DNA from: Tubulanus polymorphus | Lineage: Eukaryota; Animalia; Nemertea | Direction: 5' to 3' | Length of the DNA: 64,000 nucleotides | NCBI RefSeq assembly: GCF_964204645.1 | Contig: NC_134031.1 | Coordinates: forward strand, 9,982,001-10,046,000 | Shown here: positions 11,901-23,488 of the stretch, in pieces | Layout of the letters: each line of letters opens with the position of its first letter | Position numbering within the stretch: position 1 is the first letter of the stretch | Made by a program: the position numbers and the translations under genes | The notes under the pieces: model-generated | What the model was told of the DNA's origin: nothing | Seen by the model: the letters and a program-made list of their open reading frames with translations, nothing else | Database searches by the model: none

Positions 11901-13241
11901 ATATATAGATGCAAATAATTTGTATGGATGGGCAATGAGGGAACCACAACCTTATGGAGTATTTGAATTAACTGATGTTTTACAACATGAAAATAATGAT
12001 AAATTTGATTGGAAGAAAAGAATTCTAGATATTGCAGATGATTCAGATACTGGTTACTTCTTTGTTGTAGATTTAGAATATCCTGAACATATTAAATTTA
12101 AATCTAGAAATCTAGCTTACTGTCCCAAACATAAAACTGTAACTCATGAAGGATTATCAAATTACCAAAAAAGAATTAAACCCGAAAATCATATTCATAC
12201 AGAAAAGTTAATGGTAACTCAAGAAGATAAATATAATTATGTAGTACATTATAGAATGTTAAAGTTTTATCTAAAACAAGGAATGGTTCTAAAAAAAGTA
12301 CATAGATATATTTCATTTAGTCAATCTAAGTGGTTAGAAAAATATATAGATTTTAACACCAAACAGAGAACTGAAGCTAAAACTGATTTCGAGAAAGATT
12401 TCTTCAAGTTAATGAATAATGCATTCTATGGTAAGACTTGTGAAAATATTAGAAATAGAAATGATATTGAGTTAGTTAGTAATGGTAAAAGGATAAGGCA
12501 TTTACAATCATATCCTAAGTTTTTAGGTAACAGAATATCTGATGAAAATTTAGCTGCAGTTAAGATGAGAAGAACATCAATGAAATTTAATAAACCAATC
12601 TATGTTGGCGCTTCAGTTTTAGAATTATCAAAATTACTAATGTTTGAATTCTATTATAATGTATTACAACCACTTTTTGGAGAAAAACATATAGAAATAT
12701 TATATTTTGATACCGATTCTTACATATTAAAGATAAAAACTGATAACATAACTGATGATTTAAAAACATTAAAACATCATTTTGATTTCAGAACTATCCT
12801 AAAGATCATGAATTGTTTAGCAATGATAATAAAAAAGTTCCCGGTAAATTCAAAGATGAATTAGGTGGTGAAGAAATGATTGAATTCATTGGTATTAGAT
12901 CTAAAATGTATTCATATAAAACTAAAGAACATGAAGCTAAAAAGTTAAAAGGAATAACCAAAAGTGTAGTAGAAAAGAATATTCATTTCAAAGATTACAT
13001 CAATTGTATATTCAATGAAGAAGTTAGAAAACATAAGATGAGATGTTTAAGATCTGAAGATCATGAAATGTTTATTGAAGAAATTGAAAAGATAAGTCTA
13101 AACCCATTTGATGATAAAAGATATATTTTAGATGATGGAATTCATACAGTTGCTTATGGTTGTAATTTAGATGAATACTTAAAATTTAAAAGAGAAGAAA
13201 CAAAAGAGAACGAGATAATGAAAAGAATTCTAACGTGTTAA
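8915..13241 (+). pseudogene. Polinton B pPolB (Zn fingers, putative terminal protein/OTU-like region, exonuclease with EndoVII-like insert, polymerase), disrupted
   Basis: ORFs 8915-9247, 9277-10281, 10983-11363, 11758-12864 and 12813-13241; motifs YIDANNLYGWAM, KLMNNAFYGKT, YFDTDS, KKLKGI, DDKRY; several frameshifts, a stop and a 302-bp insert. Confidence 0.95.
11358..11659. other. 302-bp foreign filler inserted in pPolB, replacing 13 bp, no TSD
   Basis: Copy A reads aaatcagat-gtattattattaa-ccgatatattc; in B the 13 bp are replaced by unrelated sequence. Confidence 0.85.
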
Positions 13242-13270
13242 TCAAATTTTAATAAAAATATGTTATTAAA

Positions 13271-13624
13271 ATGGAGAGTAAACAAACACACAGCGAGAAC
13301 AACAAATTATTTCTAGATAGAATAAAAGATACTTCAAATGTCAAATCAGTAGATTATAAATTTAAGAAGTTAAAAGAATTAATAATCCATAAGAAATATC
13401 TAATTACAAATATTGATACAGTTACTAACAAATATGGTGATAAATTAGTTATACACTTAGAATATGAAGGATTAAAAGGAAATACATTTAAATTCAGAAC
13501 ATATTTACCGGATAGATTTCATAGATTATCAAGTGAAGACTTAGAAGAATTATGTTCAGGTGATTTCTATTTCGTATACAAAGGTAAGAATGAAAAAGGG
13601 CACCATGAAATAGATTTCGAATAA
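13271..13624 (+). CDS. Polinton small hypothetical protein, possibly OB-fold/ssDNA-binding
   Basis: 117-aa intact ORF directly after pPolB; beta-rich TNKYGDKLVIHL...TYLPDRF...FVYKGK pattern; truncated homolog at 58978-59131. Confidence 0.65.
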   Translation: MESKQTHSENNKLFLDRIKDTSNVKSVDYKFKKLKELIIHKKYLITNIDTVTNKYGDKLVIHLEYEGLKGNTFKFRTYLPDRFHRLSSEDLEELCSGDFYFVYKGKNEKGHHEIDFE

Positions 13625-13630
13625 AAAAAT

Positions 13631-14281
13631 ATGTTGATTCAATATTAGTTAATATAAGTTTATGTAATTCTTTTTATAATATATCGGATAAAACTTTTGA
13701 ACATAGAGGGTTTATGATTTATATGAGAAATAAAGATAAATGGTTTCATATATTTTTAAAACCAGGATTATATAATTTAGAATCATTAGCGCAGGAAATT
13801 AATAGAAGAGCTCGGTTGAAAATCGGGGGCACTTCTGTATTTGAAATTAAATTTAATAAAATTGATAGTACTAATATAATTAGAATAAAGATATCTAATG
13901 AACAACATAAATTTATGGTAAACAAACCACTGGCTAATGTTAGGAATTAAACGGCTTACAGTTACTGGAAACGCAGAAGGCAGCTCAAATATAATACCTT
14001 TTACACACTTTTATATTTATTGCAATTTAATCGAGCCTACAAAAACTTTCGAAGCAACTAAAGAAACAATTTGTAGTTCTAGTATACTAAATATTTTACC
14101 GCTAAAAAATGTTAAACAATTTGGAACTCAAATAAATTATAATTTAACAGAATGTGGTTTTAAACCTTGCATTCCTAAATTTAATAATTTTAAATTAGAA
14201 ATAAGAAATCATAATGGTTATTTAATTGATTTGAATAATTTCCCCGTAATTTATGAATTAGTTATAAGGTGTAAAGAGTAA
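13631..14281 (+). pseudogene. Minor capsid protein (penton, single jelly roll), frameshifted
   Basis: NSFYNI, PGLYNLESL, FYIYCNLI..SSILNILP, KLEIRNHNGYLIDLNNFPVIYELVIR pattern typical of Polinton pentons; ORFs 13714-13950 and 13937-14281. Confidence 0.75.
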
Positions 14282-14297
14282 TTTTTTTGATATATAA

Positions 14298-14549
14298 ATG
14301 AATATAACTGTTGGACCGAGTATATGTTTTGGATTTGATTTTAAACGTGAGAAAGAAATGAAATTTAACATTAATGATGTAATAACACATATCAAAAATA
14401 TTACATTTTCTAATGAAACAACATTTGAGTATGAAACAACAATAGATAAAGAAACTTTAAATGTAGAAAAGATTATTAATTTAATTAGAGAATCTTTAAG
14501 ATTTTATGAATTAGATAAAATTTTATCATCGATGATATTAAAAAAATAA
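14298..14549 (+). CDS. Polinton hypothetical protein (probably frameshift-truncated)
   Basis: TAAATG start; homolog in C (58586-58930) continues to FFDK. Confidence 0.6.
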   Translation: MNITVGPSICFGFDFKREKEMKFNINDVITHIKNITFSNETTFEYETTIDKETLNVEKIINLIRESLRFYELDKILSSMILKK

Positions 14550-14650
14550 TTTAAATATATACAAATGAAACTAGTAATGAAATAAATGTTGAATTAATCA
14601 TCACTAAGATAACTAAATATTGTGATGATAGTAATTTTTTTGATAGATAA

Positions 14651-14872
14651 ATGAGTGATAATAAGTGGATAATAACTGGATTATATAATGGCGCATTACT
14701 ATCAGTTGGAAATGTTGGTTATTCAATGGTATTAAAAAAAGTATTCAAAATGGGAAGTGTTAATGTTGATAGATTTGATATAAATGATATTTTAAAATTA
14801 ACATTAGCAGTTACTTTATCTAATTTAACTATTGATTATTTGGAAAAACAAAAATATATCCCTCCCATATAA
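14651..14872 (+). CDS. Small hydrophobic Polinton protein (73 aa)
   Basis: Intact ORF conserved at 52705-52923. Confidence 0.75.
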   Translation: MSDNKWIITGLYNGALLSVGNVGYSMVLKKVFKMGSVNVDRFDINDILKLTLAVTLSNLTIDYLEKQKYIPPI

Positions 14873-14896
14873 ATGCGTAATTATTTTACTAAATAA

Positions 14897-15319
14897 ATGG
14901 CTTCTGCAATTATAACTATTATAGGATCGGCAATTGTTAACGCTTTAGCATTTACTGGTGGTGGTTATTTATTTAAGCATATTGATAAAAATAGTTCATT
15001 AGGAGAACAAAGAAGACACAACTTAGCATTAGAGAAATACAATAAAGCAGCAGAAGAATACAGAGAAAAACGACAAAACTATATGGATTATATTAACAAA
15101 GAATTATATGATCAGAAGATTTCACATAGAGATTTTCAATCAGTTGATGATGCAATGAGTTTATATAACGCGGTAACAAATAAAGAAAAATTAGATCTAC
15201 ATAAACCTACAATATCAGATTATTATACCCCAAGTAATGAACAGAAGAAATATGAAATAATTTGGATTTTAGATGGAACAGTTATTGTTACATTTGTTGC
15301 TAATAAGTTTACTAATTAG
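14897..15319 (+). CDS. Conserved Polinton protein with N- and C-terminal hydrophobic helices (140 aa)
   Basis: MASAIITIIGSAIVNALAFTGGGYLF...EQRRHNLALE; intact homologs at 52258-52680 and 57919-58341. Confidence 0.8.
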   Translation: MASAIITIIGSAIVNALAFTGGGYLFKHIDKNSSLGEQRRHNLALEKYNKAAEEYREKRQNYMDYINKELYDQKISHRDFQSVDDAMSLYNAVTNKEKLDLHKPTISDYYTPSNEQKKYEIIWILDGTVIVTFVANKFTN

Positions 15320-15338
15320 TAATTTTTTTGCTAAATAA

Positions 15339-15764
15339 ATGGATGATAATATTGATATTATTCCTCATGATATAAATAAAACTAAATTAAAAATATATTT
15401 AGAAAAACAAATATTAGAATTTGAAAGTGACGTAAAGATTAAAAAAGAAAAAATATTAAAATCTAAAATTATATATTATCTTATTATTAGTGGTTCGGTT
15501 ACAATTAGCTCTGTAATAACATTTCTAGCAATATTCAGCCCATTAACACCTTTAGCTATATCAATTGGTGTATTAGGATTAAGTTCAAGTGTTTTAACTG
15601 GTATAAGTTCAAAATTAAATATAAAAAGTAATAAAGAAAAAATTAAAACTAATATAAAAGAAATTAGTAAATTAAAGAATACACTAGATTATATAATAAG
15701 TTTAAATGGTCATATAACAGTTGAAGAACAAGATAAATTATTAAAAGAATTAATAAATTATTAA
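15339..15764 (+). CDS. Two-TM Polinton membrane protein (141 aa)
   Basis: Two hydrophobic helices plus coiled coil; homologs in C carry an in-frame deletion. Confidence 0.75.
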   Translation: MDDNIDIIPHDINKTKLKIYLEKQILEFESDVKIKKEKILKSKIIYYLIISGSVTISSVITFLAIFSPLTPLAISIGVLGLSSSVLTGISSKLNIKSNKEKIKTNIKEISKLKNTLDYIISLNGHITVEEQDKLLKELINY

Positions 15765-15780
15765 TTTTTTAGTTATATAA

Positions 15781-17169
15781 ATGGCAGATAGTTTTCCAAA
15801 AGCTTTCCAATATAATAAATCAATTAAATATAATATTCCTGCAATAGATTTTAATAAAGATATTACATATAGAAATGAAGTTTTAGATTCATTAACTAAT
15901 TTAGAAATTTATGTTACAGAAACTAATAATTTTAATGCAAAGATGGAAAATATATTTTATGTCTATTTAATTAATTTTAAAAAATTGAAAGATGAAAAAC
16001 AATGGTTATTAAAATCTAATATGAAGTATTGGCAGAACCAATTAAATTTTGCTGTTTATTGTGCAACAACAGGATGTGGAATTAGTTGGAATGATCATTT
16101 GAATAATTCTAAATATAAATTAATTCAAAGTTTATTTAGATTTCATACATACTTTCAAATCAGAATAATATTAAATGAATTAGAGTGCGCTTTACCAGGA
16201 TCTAGAAATTTTAAAGAATTAGATAATGATATTAATTTATCAAAGTTTTATAAAATTTGCAATGAATTTAATATAGATATAAATAATTCTGATTTTAGAA
16301 CAAAAATTGGAACAATAAGATCACTTCCTTGCCCTAAACAGATTGCAGAATATTGTGCACTTCCCATACCATCTAATAGTTGTTATGATATATACAATAA
16401 TAAATTAGGTTATGGTAAAATAGAAACTAAGGATTTAGAAACATTAAATTTCAAAAAATTACCGAAATTTTATGATCATTTAAAACAAGAAAACAATAAT
16501 GGTTGGGTTTATTTTATTTTAGAAAATAGTGAAGGTTTTACTAAATCAGGTATAGAAAGAATAAATCAATCTATTAGAACTTATTTGATATGTATTTTAG
16601 GTGCGCAAGTTGAAACAAGATCCCCAATAATTGGAAATGATTACACTTCATTCGATGCGCAGAAACAATTCAAAGTATTATTTGAAGATTCTATTCATAA
16701 TGATAAAAATAGATCGATTTCAGAAAACATTGTAAGATATCAAAATTATTTAGATAAATCACATATTAGATTAAATTATTGTATAGGCCCTAATCTATTC
16801 ATTATTTCTAATGATTTAGTATTAAAGATGGGAAATATAATTGGTTATAATAATCTAATTAAAACTGCAACAATAAATAATTCATTTGGATTGAATGATA
16901 TAAATAAAAACATTATTACTGCTCCAAAATTAATGGAAGGTGAAAAAAATAAAAAACACATTCAATCAACAGAAACTAAAACTAATAATATTAAATTAAA
17001 TAATTATTCTAAAATAAAAGATTACAATACATCAGAAATTATTAGAACTGATAATATTCAACATGAAATAATTAAACTAAATGATGATCATAAATCCCAT
17101 GAAAATACTAAATTAGCTATAACTTGTATAGGAATTGTAATCGGAGGAATATTATATTTTAAATTTTAA
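15781..17169 (+). CDS. Conserved Polinton/adintovirus protein of unknown function with C-terminal anchor (462 aa)
   Basis: WQNQLNFAVYCATTGCGIS, RFHTYFQIR, SIRTYLICILGAQVETRS; decayed homologs at 50152-51450 and 56292-57586. Confidence 0.85.
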   Translation: MADSFPKAFQYNKSIKYNIPAIDFNKDITYRNEVLDSLTNLEIYVTETNNFNAKMENIFYVYLINFKKLKDEKQWLLKSNMKYWQNQLNFAVYCATTGCGISWNDHLNNSKYKLIQSLFRFHTYFQIRIILNELECALPGSRNFKELDNDINLSKFYKICNEFNIDINNSDFRTKIGTIRSLPCPKQIAEYCALPIPSNSCYDIYNNKLGYGKIETKDLETLNFKKLPKFYDHLKQENNNGWVYFILENSEGFTKSGIERINQSIRTYLICILGAQVETRSPIIGNDYTSFDAQKQFKVLFEDSIHNDKNRSISENIVRYQNYLDKSHIRLNYCIGPNLFIISNDLVLKMGNIIGYNNLIKTATINNSFGLNDINKNIITAPKLMEGEKNKKHIQSTETKTNNIKLNNYSKIKDYNTSEIIRTDNIQHEIIKLNDDHKSHENTKLAITCIGIVIGGILYFKF

Positions 17170-19254
17170 TTTTTTTATTATGTAAATGGATGTATAAGGT
17201 GTAGAAGATATTCCATTGGGTGACATGGGAAATAATAATGAAGGATATATTGATGATGATTATAATGATGCAGGTGCTAATCTTAATGAAACTAATATTG
17301 ATAATGATGATGAATCAGCATATAATTCTAATTTAGCAGATAGTGGTTCTAAAGCCCCATCAACGGAGGAACATGATAGAAGAACTAGATCGAGAATAGC
17401 TCCTGAAAATGAAAGTCAAGGTTTATCAAGACAAGATTTAGAATATAAAGAATCTATGTTTAAATTCCAACCTGTATTTAAATATTCTGGATATAATATA
17501 AATGCCAGAGGCGCTAGACGTTTTAGTACAAGAATTAAAGTTTTTAGATGGTGAATATTATTATCGTTTGAAAGATGATTATTATATTGATATCTCTTAT
17601 AAAAAACAAGAAAAAATATAGCTGCAAAGCAGCGATAACGGGTTTTCTGAGCAGGCGTGCTATTCATAGTTTGAAAAGTGGATAATAGAAATATATCAAT
17701 ACGGGATACGCATTTGACGTGTCAAGTCACACCAATGCGGTTTAACATAACATAATTTATAGTTATAGTCAAATTGGGGGTTACTCGGGTCGTTTAGTTG
17801 TCTGCGCAGTCGAGTAGATTGGTTACCCGTCTGTAACATTGGTTACGGAAACGACTCGTCAGCTTGATGAGTTGTATGTATTATGATTGTGCGCCACCTG
17901 CATCTTCCGAAATAATGTTCATATAATTATTTGAAGGGAGGATTGAAATCAATTATCAACGTACATCTGAATATGTAATAGTCCTTAGTAACTTTCTGTT
18001 GCAGAGGGCATAGAAAAGATTTTGAAATTATTTAATTAAAATATAAATTTTATTTACGAAAAATAAACTATTATGGTCAGTACAAATTGAAAATTCATAG
18101 TGTATTTTTTAGAACAAGCTTACATAGCTTACAGAATACATCACGTACATACATTTGAATTTTATAAGTGATGGGTAAAATCAACGTGTGACAGAAAAAA
18201 ATGTAGTTGATTATTTAACAATATCGAAATATGTGCTCTCTTTTTAAACTAATGGAGTGATACGCAATTAATCACATGGCCTGTATTAAAAGATAGAACA
18301 TACAAGTTGGATATTTATAAGTCGAAACATGTGAACAGAAACTAAAACTTTGATTTCAGTGACCAGTATCGAATTATACAACGACAATTGGCTTTAAACT
18401 CAACAAACATTATTAAAGAATGTTTCAAACATAATGCTTTATATTACGACATGAATAAACTTGTTTTACAAAACAAGAAAGTACATTTTGAACTTTTGAA
18501 TGGTCGAATCCCATTTTTTCACAGTAACCTGTGATGTGGCGATCCTAGGAGCCATCATTCTTGATGACGTCACTAACAAGTGGTCACGGCCGTCGCGTGC
18601 ACTCATTTCTTTGAAAATCTAGCTTCCTCGCGGAGCGGGACCTTGTGACGCTGCGCCCCACCCCCTTCGCGCTGAGAAATATCTTATTCCCAGTCAGCAA
18701 AGACAGGTTCTAAAGATCATAGAGTGCATCGCTGGAGGGTTTCCGATCCAATTTGAGTTGGTGCGGTGGCGCTCTCAATGCGGAAGTTTTTGTGAATTTT
18801 TCAGTCGGCGACGGACGTTTATCGTTGTAAGTGATGTAATATGTAAAAAAAAATGCAGGGAAACCTATCTCAATTTGTTTTTAGCGATGCAGCGGAACTA
18901 ATAAGGAACATTTTGATATACAAAATGACTATAGTACACTATCCCTGATGGAATAATAAGCTCCACTCGACAAACTCGTTCCCGTGCATTTTTATCTCTC
19001 TGTTTCACACACACAGCCCCTCTAGGCCTACCATCAATGCCTAACCGCTGTTCGACCAACTGTGGGCGTCTTCCTTTGAAACATAAGCCTAGTTGTAAAA
19101 GATAAGCATTAATCTATGTTAATGCTGCATCTTTATCATGAAACCTAAGAAAGATTATTCTATTATTTAGGCCTATTCAAATTTTCTGTCCACTACCACG
19201 TGGAAATAACACCCAGTCAAAATTGTGCATCACGCTTTGACGAAGGAATTGGTT

Positions 19255-19802
19255 CTAATGTCTATTTATTAATTGATGAGACCTGTTTTTCTGGGATATT
19301 TTGCTTACTTTTTGGGGTACATACCTCATTTATGTCTTAACAGAATGACAAAAATCGCGGACAACAACGGAATATCCGATTTATTTCCAGTTCTGTACCA
19401 ATTAGATGGATTGGCAAAAAGACTCCTTAAGTCCAATTGAATGAGAGAGAAAATCCTCCATTTTGTCAAATTTCTTGAATTTTTACATTGTCACCATGCC
19501 TACGAAATGAAGTTATTTTTCTTGTGGGGTCTCAACAACTAAATCAGGGTGGCGTAGGCATGGTAACAATGTTCAAATCCAAGAAATTTGACAAAATGGA
19601 GGATTTTCTCTCTCATTCAACTGGACTTAAGGAGTCTTTTTGCCAATCCATCTAATTGGTACAGAACTGGAAATATATCGGATATTCAGTTGATGTCCGC
19701 GATTTTTGGCATTCTGTTAAGACATAAATGAGGTATGTACCCCAAAAAGTAAGCAAAATATCCAAGAAAAACAGGTCTCATCAATTAATAAATAGACATT
19801 AG
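19255..19802. mobile_element. Foldback MITE with ~250-bp inverted arms
   Basis: ctaatgtctatttattaattgatgagacctg...catgcctacg / cgtaggcatg...caggtctcatcaattaataaatagacattag; ~46-nt spacer. Confidence 0.85.
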
Positions 19803-22517
19803 GCTATAAATTTTACGACTCAACGAATCTTTTCCTCAACAAAGCCGCTTTTAGTTTGATGCAAAATGAAATTTGCTTTTAAAATGTGTAACTAGGCCTA
19901 ATCAAAAGGATATTTCAAAAGCAAACTTTGCCGGGCCAAGAGCCATATTGAATTCAATTTCTTCCGAACCATTATGCCTCTTTCATCATAACATTATTTA
20001 TCCTATTTCAAGATCTTAGGCCTACAAGTAGAGAGAGGGCCTACGTTGGGTTCAAATCGGAATTTTAAGATTTAGCCTATTTCATTTAATTCCAGGTTTT
20101 CACTGTAGATTATCTAAGACATGTGGCGTTTTGGGAGTTCATAGTTGTTTGATAATCCATCATTTGTAAGTGTAAGGCTATTTGAGGGATTTGAAACCGA
20201 CATTTTGTAAATTTTGTAGCTTTATTACGTTTAATTCCAGATGTTTATCATGACACGTTTCATTTTGGGGGTTTGTCAGCGAGTTGGTATGCTGTCGGCA
20301 GAAGTAGTTTGATAATTCGTTTCATGTAAGTAAACAGCTATTTGAAGGATTCGAAACCGAAATCTGTATTGTGAATTTTTTAGTTGTATTTTGTTTGATT
20401 CTAGGTGAATAGGACATGATTTATTTTGGGAGTTTGTCCGCGAGTTTGTATACTGTCAAATGAAGTTTCTTCGTCAGTTTGTCGTATGTAAGTATCAATC
20501 TATAGGTTATATAGGCCCTATTGTGGGTTCGATACAGAAATTTGGTGAATTCCTCAGATTTATTTTAATTTATTCCAGGTTGTTATCAGAAAAATATGTA
20601 CTTTATTTCATAGGTTGGTCTTTGATTGAAAACTAAAAATGGATGATAGTTCTAAATTTGATGTTGATTCACATGACCAATCTAGTAAGTATGGCTCACT
20701 CGTCTTTTAGAATAAGAGACCTATTGCATTAATCCTTCAATTCAAGTTGCTATACAACCTTTTATACAGATATTTACCTTATCAATATAAACATGTATTT
20801 GCCATTAGCCATACAATTCAGTAAAACTTTTCCCGTCCAGATTTTGAAACATCATTTGACTCAATTTTTCCTCCTAGAAAATTGCTTTAGCTCATTCAAA
20901 TGTTCGCAGTAAAAGTGAATGTAGCATGTATGATTCCCATCCATCAATTTTGTCTTGTTTCGTATTTTTAGCGAAAATCTCGAAAAAGTCTGACGTCGAG
21001 GCAGGTGGTGGCCAGACAAAGACATATTCTTGGGAAATATTTAAAGACGCATGGCAAACACACTTATTGTTCACTTTTTCCTATCCTTATTTTGAAATTG
21101 AAGTATCGTAATAAACTATTGATTTATTTTTGTTGATCAACGCAACTAGTTTTGTTGTTTTCTTTCTTAATTTACATTTGAATTGGATGGTCATCTTGCG
21201 TAGGAGTCAGTTTGTCATCGAAGCAATACAGTCTAACTTGTTGACGTCTCAGATGCAGCGGGGCAGGGCGGTCATTATATTGTGGACTTATCCAAATAAC
21301 ACTTACACAGCCCAACGTGTTTCAGTGTGTAAACTCCGTCGTACTCGGCATTATAAGACAGTGAGGAATTGAGTTTTAGTCACCTGAGCCCTCGGCTTGA
21401 TTCGACCAAAAAGACCTTAACTGACTTCACAGAATTTGATTATGAGTCAAGGATTTTCTAAATTTCTGAATGCTTTCTCTGGTTTTAAGATCAATTCAAA
21501 TTCAATCTTCAAAATATTTTATTGAAAGAAATTCTACTGAATACAGATTTTGAAATGAAGGATATATCCAGGCAAATAATTATAGCAAAATCAACTGATG
21601 ATCATCAAGGTGAAGTTTTCATTCATCTTCGGCTAATTTGTCTACCCCTGATGATTGAAGCATTTTGGTTACTCGTGCCAATTAGTTAGCCACAGTCGAT
21701 TTTCATGCCATCTGACCTCTTTCCATCTGTAATTAAGCAATCAAATGTAAGAATTACTTAGGTAAGGAGCGAAATAATATATAGATATCTTAGGAGACTA
21801 TTTGAAATCATGAGTTTGTTGTGAAAATCTATTGCTACAGTCTCGTAGAGCATAGACACCAAGCCACGTGGCATTGGTATTTTAAGGGCTATTCAGTTTA
21901 CTCCAAAACAAGTCAATGATTAACATTAAAAAAGCTTCATATCAAGGGTATGTTGCAGGACTCGTGACGCCCATGAATTATCATCCCATAATTACAATGA
22001 ATCCAATTCTGCATGTACGTTAGCACGACTGATTACTAATCCAAATATTGCATTACAAAAAAAAAATTACGCAAAACGTCAAGTACTTACAGCATCTGAG
22101 ACAGTTGCGCTTAAGTTAGCCTGTTAAGTTACGTCTTTGGCTGTCAATGTCGAAAAAGCCTAATTTTAAACAAACATTTGCGCACTGTGGTTTAATATTC
22201 CTGCAAGAATCCGCAAAGGAATTGAAGACCGTAGTGCCCAGTTCATTCCACGAATAATAGCTGGAAAGAAAGTAATCAAAATAAATTGTCATGCACATTC
22301 AGTGTAAACCAGGCCATAACTAGCTGCTATTAAGGCATTCCACTGACTGGCTCTACCCATTATATTTAGGGCCTAAATCTATTCTAGGCGCATACCCCAA
22401 AGCCAACAATGATCATTACTTCACCGAGTAGGCCTACTCATTTGCTACCATACTCATATTATTAAAGAAATCATTTAATACATTCCCTGGTTAACGGATT
22501 CTCACCTTAAAATACAT

Positions 22518-22554
22518 CATAGAACTATAACGGAATATCCGTTATAGTTCTATG
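22518..22554. mobile_element. 37-bp collapsed MITE with 7-bp TSD
   Basis: catagaactataacgga-ata-tccgttatagttctatg flanked by AATACAT on both sides. Confidence 0.75.
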
Positions 22555-22880
22555 AATACATAAACTCCGCTGTCGTTGTCATCGATACGAGTCGTCAACT
22601 GAACGCGGAAGTAAAATTCCGTGTGGAAATTCCTACAATTTCTGTCCATATCACGTTGATTTGACCCCGAAATCTTCAGGAAATGTAGCCAACGTAAATT
22701 GATTTACGAATAGAATTAATCAATTGACTAATTTTAGAAATCATGGTTTCGTGAAATTCATTAAAGTCCTAAAACTCGCGATAAATTTAAGCCGAAAATG
22801 ATTTCAACCATCCACCATGTTGTTTCATTAATAAAACAATTGTTGCGCGCCGGCGCTGTACTGTGATAACGCATGGTTTC

Positions 22881-22945
22881 ACTAGGATTCGAACCCTCGA
22901 CCTCTCAGTTGGGAGTCAAACACCTTATCCACCATGCCACAGGAC
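22881..22945 (-). repeat. tRNA-derived (SINE-head-like) sequence
   Basis: Minus strand tgtggcatggtggataagg...ctcccaa...ggttcgaatcc gives A and B boxes; acceptor stem not convincing. Confidence 0.55.
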
Positions 22946-23488
22946 AGGACGCTGTTTTTATCGTTAGTGGGAGTACCGGACAGGGCGAGTCGCGATTGCT
23001 ACTATCATCGGGTGTTATCTTTCAGTAAGTAATTTTAAGTTTAAAATAGGACGGAGAGTGCATAGGTATAATCTACGCGGAGCGAATGCGTGTTATATTA
23101 CTATCAGAATTCTACATTTCAATTAGAAGCAGTTAGTTGTCGAATCTGATAGAAGATGAATTTTATGTGCGAAAAAAAGTGGAAAATATGTAAATAATAA
23201 TAATAACAATCAACAGAATTACAAAAGGGTTTTCGACGAAAGTCAGAAAACCCTAATGAACCAGAAGATGTAACACAAGAAGAAATTATTAAAAATGAAA
23301 GAGTATTTACACAAAGAATTAATAAATTATTTGAAACAATCGATAATAATTTAGAACCAGAAAGAAACTCTGAACAGAATATAAATTCCAAAACTAGTAA
23401 ACTTAAATCAAATAAAGTTCCAATTGAAAAACTTTTACCGAATGGATTAATTGATGCAACAGATTAACAATTAGAAGACTAAATAATA

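Larger units (their letters stand above)
17617..23205 (+). mobile_element. 5.6-kb non-coding insertion starting with the TATAGCTGCAAAGCAGCGATAACGGGTTTTCTG terminus (Helentron/HINE-like family)
   Basis: Same terminus at 45996 and 61660; abrupt compositional shift; right boundary is approximate, at an (AAT)n run. Confidence 0.65.

Noticed and set aside
22881-22945. Functional tRNA-Gly gene
   Set aside because: A/B boxes are present but the acceptor stem is unconvincing and it lies inside a repeat; treated as SINE-like.
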